Assembly (NCBI GenBank): GCA_016791345.1
Contig: JAEUMW010000258.1
Span: 1 to 38,975 of the forward strand
Length of the DNA: 38,975 bases
Direction: 5' to 3'
From: Betaproteobacteria bacterium
GTDB taxonomy: Bacteria > Pseudomonadota > Gammaproteobacteria > Burkholderiales > JAEUMW01
Shown here: positions 32,364 to 38,975 of the stretch, piece after piece
How positions within the stretch are numbered: position 1 is the stretch's first letter
How the letters are laid out: the number at the start of each line of letters is the position of its first letter
Program-made: the position numbers and the translations under genes
Notes under the pieces: model-generated
The model's database searches: none
What the model was told of the DNA's origin: nothing
What the model saw: only the letters and a program-made list of their open reading frames with translations

Positions 32364-33731
32364 GTGAATCTGATGATCACGATCGTCGCGTTTCTTGTCG
32401 CCCTCGGGCTGCTCATCGTCTTTCACGAGTACGGTCACTATCTGGCAGCGCGCTTCTTCGACGTGAAGGTGCTGCGCTTTTCGGTCGGTTTCGGGCGGCC
32501 CGTCGCGTCGCGCCGGCATGGCCCCGACCAGACGGAGTGGGCGCTCGGCGGCTTTCCCTTCGGCGGCTATGTGAAGATGCTGGACGAGCGCGAGGGGCCC
32601 GTCGCACCGGCCGAGATGCACCGCGCCTTCAACCGGCAACCGGTCCATCGTCGGTTCGTGATCGTCGCCGCGGGCCCGATTGCGAATTTCCTGCTCGCGA
32701 TTCTTCTGTACTGGGGACTCTTCCTGAGCGGTGTTCCGGGCATGAAACCGGTGATCGGTTCACCGCTCCCGAATTCGCCTGCGGCAGCCGCGGGCTTCGA
32801 GCGGGGAGAGACGCTTTCGCGCATCGATGGGGTGCCGATGCAGACATGGCAGGACGCGCGCTGGGCGCTGCTCAAGGCCGGGGTCGAGCGCACCACGGTC
32901 AAGATCGAAGCGGTCGGGGCGGACGGTTACGTCGCCGTGCGTTCACTGGATCTGTCCGGGCTCGGGCCGGAGGACCTCGATGGTGAGTTCATCGACACGG
33001 TGGGTCTGACGCGATTCCAGCCCCAGCTGCCGCCGAAGATCGGGCAGGTGCTGTCAGGTCGGCCCGCAGAGCGCGCCGGGTTCAAGCCAGGCGATGAGAT
33101 CATCGCCATCGACGGTATTGCGATCCGGCATTGGGAAGAGGTCGTACGCGCGGTGAGCGAAGCACCCGACGAGACGCTCGAGATCGAAGTGCGTCGCCCG
33201 AACGGTGTCGAGGACGTCGTCAAGGTGGTGCCCGATGCAGTCACCGAAAACGGCCGGCGCATAGGCCGCGTCGGCTTTGCTCCCCTCGTCGATCCCAAGA
33301 CCATGGAGGACCTGCGAACCGAAGTCCGCTACGGCTTTTTCGAAGGTTTTACCCGGGCCGTCGCGCGCACCTGGGAGATGTCCGTCTTCAGCCTGCAGAT
33401 GATGGGGAAGATGATCCTCGGCGATGTGTCGCTCAAGAATCTGAGCGGGCCGCTCACCATCGCCGACTATGCAGGGCAATCCGCGCAGATGGGCTGGGTG
33501 CCGTACTTGAGCTTTCTCGCGCTGGTGAGCGTCAGCCTCGGCGTGTTGAATCTGCTGCCGATCCCGTTATTGGACGGGGGTCACTTGATGTATTATATCG
33601 CCGAAATTATCAAGGGCAGGCCCGTTTCGGAACGAGCGCTGGAAATGGGGCAGCACGTTGGCATCGCCCTGTTGTTCACGCTGATGGCTTTCGCCATCTA
33701 TAACGACATAACCCGCCTCCTGGGCGGCTGA
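32364..33731 (+). CDS. rseP: RIP (site-2) zinc metalloprotease RseP
   Basis: HEYGHYLAAR (HExxH) in TM1, two PDZ-like regions, C-terminal LNLLPIPLLDGGH motif. GTG 32364 lies 6 nt after GGAGG. Confidence 0.95.
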   Translation: MNLMITIVAFLVALGLLIVFHEYGHYLAARFFDVKVLRFSVGFGRPVASRRHGPDQTEWALGGFPFGGYVKMLDEREGPVAPAEMHRAFNRQPVHRRFVIVAAGPIANFLLAILLYWGLFLSGVPGMKPVIGSPLPNSPAAAAGFERGETLSRIDGVPMQTWQDARWALLKAGVERTTVKIEAVGADGYVAVRSLDLSGLGPEDLDGEFIDTVGLTRFQPQLPPKIGQVLSGRPAERAGFKPGDEIIAIDGIAIRHWEEVVRAVSEAPDETLEIEVRRPNGVEDVVKVVPDAVTENGRRIGRVGFAPLVDPKTMEDLRTEVRYGFFEGFTRAVARTWEMSVFSLQMMGKMILGDVSLKNLSGPLTIADYAGQSAQMGWVPYLSFLALVSVSLGVLNLLPIPLLDGGHLMYYIAEIIKGRPVSERALEMGQHVGIALLFTLMAFAIYNDITRLLGG

Positions 33732-33737
33732 TTCGGG

Positions 33738-36011
33738 ATGAAGCAACGCCTCCTCGCCGCTCTGCTGTTCTCGCTCTACGCATCCCGCGCCTTCTCCTTC
33801 GAACCCTTCGTCGTGCGGGACATTCGTGTCGAGGGAATTCAGCGGACCGAGGCGGGCACCGTGTTCAGCTATCTTCCGGTCAAGGTCGGCGAGACGATGA
33901 CCGAAGAAACCGCCGCCGCTGCCATCCGCTCCCTGTATGCCACCGGGTTTTTCAAGGACGTCCGGCTGGAAGTGGAGGGCGATGTCCTCATCGTGATGGT
34001 CGAGGAAAGGCCGGCCATCGCGCAGATCGAGATCTCGGGCAACAAGGAGTTCGACAAGGAGGCGCTGAAGAAGGGGCTGAAGCAGATCGGCCTTTCGGAA
34101 TCGCGCATCTACGATCGCGCGCTGCTCGAACGCGCGGAGCAGGAGCTCAAGCGCCAGTACATCAGCAAGGGCAAGTACGGCGTGAAGATCACGACCACCG
34201 TCACGCCGCTCGACCGCAACCGCGTGTCAATCACCTTCAACATCAACGAAGGTGACGTCGCCAAGATCCGCAACATCAACATCGTCGGCAACAAGGCCTT
34301 CCCCGAGAAGGAGCTTCTGAGTCAACTCAACCTGACCACGCCAGGATGGCTCACCTGGTTCACCAAGAACGATCAGTATTCGAAGCAGAAGCTCGCCGGA
34401 GACCTCGAGACGCTGCGCTCCTTCTATCTCAATCGCGGCTACCTCGAGTTCGACATCGAATCGACGCAGGTCTCGATCACCCCCGACAAGAAGGACATCT
34501 ACATCACGATCAACATCTCCGAGGGGCCGCAGTTCCGCGTGTCGGACATCAAGCTCGCTGGCGATCTGATCGTGCCCGAGTCGGAGCTGCAGCCGCTCAT
34601 CAAGCTCAAGCCAGGGGAGATCTTCTCGCGCGAGAAGCTCACCGAGTCGACCAAGGCGATCAGTGACCGGCTGGGCAACGATGGTTACGCCTTTGCGAAC
34701 GTCAATGCGGCGCCCGAGGTGAACAAGGAAGCCGACACGGTCAGCTTCACGCTGTTCGTCGACCCGGGTCGGCGCGTCTACATTCGTCGCATCAACGTTG
34801 CCGGCAACACGCGTACGCGTGACGAGGTCATTCGCCGCGAGATGCGGCAGATGGAAGCAGGCTGGTACGACTCGCGCAAGATCCAGCGCTCCAAGCAGCG
34901 TGTCGACAAGCTCGGCTACTTCAGCGAGGTGAACGTCGAGACGCCGGCGGTGCAGGGCACCACCGACCAGGTGGACGTCAACATGACGGTGGTGGAGCGG
35001 CCGACCGGGAACGTGCTTTTCGGGGCCGGTTTCTCCAGCGCCGACAAGCTCATCCTGTCGGCTTCCGTCTCGCAGAACAACATCTTCGGTTCCGGCAATG
35101 CGCTGTCCCTGCAGGTGAACGGCGGCAAGGTGAACTCGATTGCGGCCCTGTCCTTCACCAATCCGTATTTCACCCAGGATGGCGTGAGCGCGGGTTTCGA
35201 CGTCTACCGGCGGAAGACGAACACGTCCAACCTGAGCGGTGTGGCGCCGTACATCAATACCACGACCGGCGCCGGCGTGCGCTTCGGTTTTCCCCTTGCC
35301 GAGACCGATTTTCTGACCTTTGGCCTGGGCTTCGAGTACATCCAGATCGGGCTCTTCGACAACAGTCCACTGCGATTCCGGCAATTCGTGAACGAGTTCG
35401 GGGCCGACACCACATCGCTCAACTTGACCACCGGTTGGACGCGTGATCGACGCGACAGCGTCATCTGGCCAACCAGCGGGGGGCTCACGCGCGCGACCGG
35501 GGAGCTTGGGATCCCGCCGGCGGATCTCACCTATTACAAGGTTTCGCTCCAGCAGCAGTACTACTATCCGTTCACCGAGCGCTGGGTGGGTTTCGTCAAC
35601 GCCGAGCTTGGGGTTGGCGGTGGATACGACGACAAGACCTTGCCATTCTTCAAGAACTTCTTCGTCGGCGGCGTGAGCTCGGTGCGCGGTTACCGCACGG
35701 GGACGATTGGTCCGAAGGACATCAATGGCGACGCACTGGGCGGCGAGAAGAAGTTCGTGCTCAACCTCGAACTGCTCTTTCCGCTGCCGGGCATGGGCAA
35801 CGACAAGTCGATCCGCATGATCGCCTTCGCCGACGCGGGCACGGTGTCGAATTCCTGGGATCTGTACAACGAGATGCGTTATGCGACCGGCCTCGGCGTC
35901 AACTGGTATTCGCCCTTTGGCCCGCTCAAGGTCTACATCGCCAAGGCACTCAACCCGCAACCGACGGACAAGACGGAAATCTTCCAGTTCACCTTTGGCA
36001 CTCAGTTCTGA
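33738..36011 (+). CDS. bamA: Outer membrane protein assembly factor BamA
   Basis: Signal peptide, POTRA repeats ([14 protein letters not shown]...), C-terminal beta-barrel ending ...FQFTFGTQF. Confidence 0.97.
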   Translation: MKQRLLAALLFSLYASRAFSFEPFVVRDIRVEGIQRTEAGTVFSYLPVKVGETMTEETAAAAIRSLYATGFFKDVRLEVEGDVLIVMVEERPAIAQIEISGNKEFDKEALKKGLKQIGLSESRIYDRALLERAEQELKRQYISKGKYGVKITTTVTPLDRNRVSITFNINEGDVAKIRNINIVGNKAFPEKELLSQLNLTTPGWLTWFTKNDQYSKQKLAGDLETLRSFYLNRGYLEFDIESTQVSITPDKKDIYITINISEGPQFRVSDIKLAGDLIVPESELQPLIKLKPGEIFSREKLTESTKAISDRLGNDGYAFANVNAAPEVNKEADTVSFTLFVDPGRRVYIRRINVAGNTRTRDEVIRREMRQMEAGWYDSRKIQRSKQRVDKLGYFSEVNVETPAVQGTTDQVDVNMTVVERPTGNVLFGAGFSSADKLILSASVSQNNIFGSGNALSLQVNGGKVNSIAALSFTNPYFTQDGVSAGFDVYRRKTNTSNLSGVAPYINTTTGAGVRFGFPLAETDFLTFGLGFEYIQIGLFDNSPLRFRQFVNEFGADTTSLNLTTGWTRDRRDSVIWPTSGGLTRATGELGIPPADLTYYKVSLQQQYYYPFTERWVGFVNAELGVGGGYDDKTLPFFKNFFVGGVSSVRGYRTGTIGPKDINGDALGGEKKFVLNLELLFPLPGMGNDKSIRMIAFADAGTVSNSWDLYNEMRYATGLGVNWYSPFGPLKVYIAKALNPQPTDKTEIFQFTFGTQF

Positions 36012-36056
36012 GCGCCGTCGGGAGCTATCTATGTGGGAGTCGGAACAGGAGGCACT

Positions 36057-36557
36057 ATGAGGCGGAGGCTCGTGGCGCTGGTCGCAGCGGCTTCCCTGCT
36101 TGGTCTGGGAAACGCGTACGCTGAGGAACTGCGCATCGGCATCGTTCGCACCGACCGCATCCTGCAGGAGTCGGCTCCCATGATCAAGGCGCAGAAGAAG
36201 CTCGAAAAGGAGTTCGCTTCGCGTGAGCAGGAACTGCAGAAGGTTGCGAAGCAGGCGCGCGACCTGCAGAGTCAGCTCGAAAAGGAAGGCGTGACGCTGC
36301 CCGAATCCGATCGCCGCGCCAAGGAGCAGGAGCTCAACCGCGTCAACCGCGACCTGCAACGCATGCAACGCGAGTTGCGCGAGGACTACAATCTGCGCCG
36401 TAACGAGGAATGGTCGGCCGTGCTGGAACGCGTGAACAAGGTGATCAACGCCATCGCGGAACAGGAGAAGTACGACCTTATCCTGCAGGATGCAGTGTAC
36501 GTGAGCAAGCGCGTCGACATTACCGACAAGGTGCTGAAGGCGCTGGCTGACAAGTGA
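36057..36557 (+). CDS. skp: Periplasmic chaperone Skp (OmpH family)
   Basis: Signal peptide [22 protein letters not shown], coiled-coil Lys/Glu/Gln-rich body, position between bamA and lpxD. ATG 36057 follows GGAGG. Confidence 0.87.
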   Translation: MRRRLVALVAAASLLGLGNAYAEELRIGIVRTDRILQESAPMIKAQKKLEKEFASREQELQKVAKQARDLQSQLEKEGVTLPESDRRAKEQELNRVNRDLQRMQRELREDYNLRRNEEWSAVLERVNKVINAIAEQEKYDLILQDAVYVSKRVDITDKVLKALADK

Positions 36558-36618
36558 CGCGGTGAAGCAGGAAGACTGCGTCCCGTCACGCAGCGAGTAC
36601 AACGGAGGGGCATCGGTC

Positions 36619-37647
36619 GTGAAGCTCCGGGAGATCGTTGCACGCTTCGGCGGCGAGTTGCTCGGCGCGCCCGAGACTGAAGTCGCGCGCATCGTACCGC
36701 TGGAGAGGGCAGGCGAGGGTGATCTCGCGTTCGTAAGTTCGCCGAAGCAGGCGAAGCGACTCGATACGACAGCAGCAGGTGCGTTGATCGTCGGTCCGCA
36801 GCTGCGCGATGCGACGTCCCGACCGCGCATCGTATGTGCGAATCCCTATGCCTATTTCGCCCGCGTGAGCGCCGTCCTGCATCCTGCTCCAGCGCACGCA
36901 GCCGGTATCCATGTCGGCGCAGTCGTCGAGCAAGGTGCGGAAGTCGATCCGTCTGCGACCGTGGCGGCGGGCGCCTGGGTCGGCGCCGGGGCGCACATCG
37001 GTGCGCGGTCCGTAATCGAGTCCGGTGTCAGGGTCGGCGTGGCGGTCCGAATTGGGGAAGACTGTCATCTCCACCCGAACGCGGTCATCTATCACGGTTG
37101 CATACTCGGCGACCGGGTAGGGTTGCACAGCGGGGCGGTGATCGGAGCCGACGGCTTCGGGCTCGCTCCCGACGAGGGGCGCTGGATCAAGATTCCTCAG
37201 GTCGGGCGGGTGATCTTGGGCGACGATGTCGAAATCGGCGCCAACACCACCATCGATCGCGGTACGCTGGACGACACGGTGATCGAAGAGGGAGTTAAGA
37301 TCGACAACCAGGTACAGATCGGCCACAACTGCCGGATCGGCGCCCACACCGCGATCGCTGCCTGTGCTGGAATTGCCGGCAGCACACGTATCGGGCGCAG
37401 TTGCCGCATCGCGGGCGCAGCGATGATCCAGGGACATATCGAGATCTGCGACGGTGTGACGGTTTCGGCCGCCACCGCAATCATGAAATCCATTCACGAG
37501 CCGGGCATCTACACCTCGATATACCCGTTCCAGGAGCATCGATCATGGATCAGGAACGCAGCGCACCTCCGCCACATGGACTCTCTGGCGGAGAAAATCA
37601 AGACGCTCGAGAAGCGTCTGCAAGAACTGGAAGGGCGACTCCCATGA
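36619..37647 (+). CDS. lpxD: UDP-3-O-(3-hydroxyacyl)glucosamine N-acyltransferase
   Basis: Left-handed beta-helix hexapeptide repeats, (M)[14 protein letters not shown]-terminus. GTG 36619 lies 10 nt after GGAGG and gives 342 aa, similar to E. coli LpxD (341 aa). Confidence 0.92.
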   Translation: MKLREIVARFGGELLGAPETEVARIVPLERAGEGDLAFVSSPKQAKRLDTTAAGALIVGPQLRDATSRPRIVCANPYAYFARVSAVLHPAPAHAAGIHVGAVVEQGAEVDPSATVAAGAWVGAGAHIGARSVIESGVRVGVAVRIGEDCHLHPNAVIYHGCILGDRVGLHSGAVIGADGFGLAPDEGRWIKIPQVGRVILGDDVEIGANTTIDRGTLDDTVIEEGVKIDNQVQIGHNCRIGAHTAIAACAGIAGSTRIGRSCRIAGAAMIQGHIEICDGVTVSAATAIMKSIHEPGIYTSIYPFQEHRSWIRNAAHLRHMDSLAEKIKTLEKRLQELEGRLP

Positions 37648-38090
37648 ACCAGATGGAAATCACAGAAGTCCTGCGTTATCTCCCGCACCGCTACCCCTTT
37701 CTGCTGGTCGATCGGGTCGTGTCGCTGGAACCAGGCAAGAACATCGTCGGGCTCAAGAACGTCACCATCAACGAGCCCTTCTTCCAGGGGCATTTCCCGC
37801 ATCATCCGGTGATGCCGGGGGTGCTCATCATCGAGTCGCTGGCGCAGGCGGCTGCCATCCTCCAGTTCAAGAGCAGCGATACCCTGGCAGACGACAGCTA
37901 TGCCTACTACTTCGTCGGCATCGATCGCGCACGCTTTCGCGCACCCGTCATGCCGGGCGACCAGCTCGTCCTCAATGTGGAGCTCGTGCGCTTCATGCGG
38001 GGCATCTGGAAATTCGCGGCGAGAGCAAAGGTCGGCGAAACGCTGGTTGCCGAGGCCGAGCTCATGTGTACCGTGCGCTCCCTCAAATGA
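37644..38090 (+). CDS. fabZ: 3-hydroxyacyl-ACP dehydratase FabZ
   Basis: [13 protein letters not shown]...[25 protein letters not shown] is the FabZ signature. ATGA overlap with the lpxD stop. Confidence 0.97.
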   Translation: MNQMEITEVLRYLPHRYPFLLVDRVVSLEPGKNIVGLKNVTINEPFFQGHFPHHPVMPGVLIIESLAQAAAILQFKSSDTLADDSYAYYFVGIDRARFRAPVMPGDQLVLNVELVRFMRGIWKFAARAKVGETLVAEAELMCTVRSLK

Positions 38091-38857
38091 TCCATCCGAC
38101 CGCCATCATTCACTCAGGCGCGCAGCTCGCGCCCGACGTGGAGGTCGGGCCGTACGCCGTGATCGGCGATGCGGTGGAGATCGGTGCCGGTACGTCGATC
38201 GGAGCGCATGCCGTCATCCAGGGACCGACCCGCATCGGTCGCAACAATCGCATCTTCCACTTCGTTTCCCTTGGCGAGGTTCCGCAGGACAAGAAGTATC
38301 GTGGTGAGCAGACCGCACTCGAGATCGGTGACGGCAACACCATCCGCGAGTTCTGCACGTTCAATCGGGGCACCGTGCAGGACGCAGGCGTTACTCGCAT
38401 CGGCGACGACAACTGGATCATGGCCTACGTGCATCTCGCGCACGACTGCCAGGTCGGCAGCCATACCGTCTTCGCCAACAATTCGCAGCTGGCGGGTCAC
38501 GTGCACGTCGGTGATTACGTGGTCCTTGGCGGGTTCACGGGCGTGCACCAGTATGTTCACATCGGTGCCCACGCCATCACGGGAGTGGGGACGGTCGTCC
38601 TGCAGGACATCCCACCCTTCGTGACCGCCGCCGGCAATACCGCCAAGCCGTACGGCATCAACTCCGAAGGCCTGAAGCGGCGTGGCTTCAGCGGCGAGAC
38701 CATCGCGCAGATCAAGCGCGCCTACAAGAGTCTGTATCGTTCCGGGCTGTCGCTGCAGGAAGCCCGCCGTGACATCGCGTCGCAGCTTGCCCAATGCGCC
38801 GATCTCAAGCTCCTGGTCGATTTTCTCGATCAGTCGAGCCGCGCGATCATCCGCTAG
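38087..38857 (+). CDS. lpxA: Acyl-ACP--UDP-N-acetylglucosamine O-acyltransferase
   Basis: [27 protein letters not shown] hexapeptide repeats and a C-terminal helical domain. ATGA overlap with the fabZ stop. Confidence 0.97.
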   Translation: MIHPTAIIHSGAQLAPDVEVGPYAVIGDAVEIGAGTSIGAHAVIQGPTRIGRNNRIFHFVSLGEVPQDKKYRGEQTALEIGDGNTIREFCTFNRGTVQDAGVTRIGDDNWIMAYVHLAHDCQVGSHTVFANNSQLAGHVHVGDYVVLGGFTGVHQYVHIGAHAITGVGTVVLQDIPPFVTAAGNTAKPYGINSEGLKRRGFSGETIAQIKRAYKSLYRSGLSLQEARRDIASQLAQCADLKLLVDFLDQSSRAIIR

Positions 38858-38862
38858 GTTCC

Positions 38863-38975
38863 GTGGGCGACGGCGGGAAGCCCCTGCGCATCGGCATCGT
38901 CGCCGGAGAAGCATCCGGCGATCAGCTCGGCAGTCATCTCATGGAGGCGGTGCAGGCGCACTTCCCCGGCGCCAC
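38863..38975 (+). CDS. lpxB: Lipid-A-disaccharide synthase (5' end only; runs off the window)
   Basis: My translation from GTG 38863 is VGDGGKPLRIGIVAGEASGDQLGSHLMEAVQAHFPGA. It carries the LpxB N-terminal motif (IxxVAGExSGD) and sits after lpxA. Confidence 0.8.
   Translation, partial: MGDGGKPLRIGIVAGEASGDQLGSHLMEAVQAHFPGA

Noticed and set aside
34227-36830. 867-aa ORF antisense to bamA, skp and lpxD
   Set aside because: It crosses three independent, confidently identified genes and their spacers. This is a GC3-driven open frame, not a gene.

Overview
This is a GC-rich proteobacterial chromosome segment with strong third-position GC bias. Gene order looks betaproteobacterium-like, but I cannot assign a taxon from sequence alone. 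I call 38 protein-coding genes (2 truncated by the window edges) and one RNA gene, the SRP/4.5S RNA ffs. Content is almost entirely conserved housekeeping. On the minus strand at the left end: acs, an MBL-fold hydrolase, a 65-aa membrane micro-ORF, and the 5' part of an SSS-domain sensor (CrbS/CbrA-like). Then ffs-pagL-dnaX-ybaB-recR-rluB on plus, and prmB-dapE-pilU-like-dapD-queF on minus. The rest is on plus except glnD-map (minus): smc-zipA-ligA-galU, hpt-MTA/MTI phosphorylase-def, and the classic rpsB-tsf-pyrH-frr-uppS-cdsA-dxr-rseP-bamA-skp-lpxD-fabZ-lpxA-lpxB block. I see no CRISPR array, transposase, integrase, phage, toxin-antitoxin or defence-like gene, and no tRNA or rRNA. I did not find a convincing undescribed multi-gene system. 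The findings are local oddities: an acetate-switch neighbourhood, a 152-nt convergent coding overlap (rluB/prmB), and an orphan PilU-type ATPase inside the dap cluster with a thrice-repeated octamer upstream. There is also a long palindrome shared by the divergent queF and smc leaders, and a structured ~195-nt rpsB leader. All product calls rest on my reading of the supplied translations against remembered family motifs. No database search was run. Many ORF-track entries are N-terminally over-extended or are antisense shadow ORFs typical of GC-rich DNA; I trimmed or rejected these.
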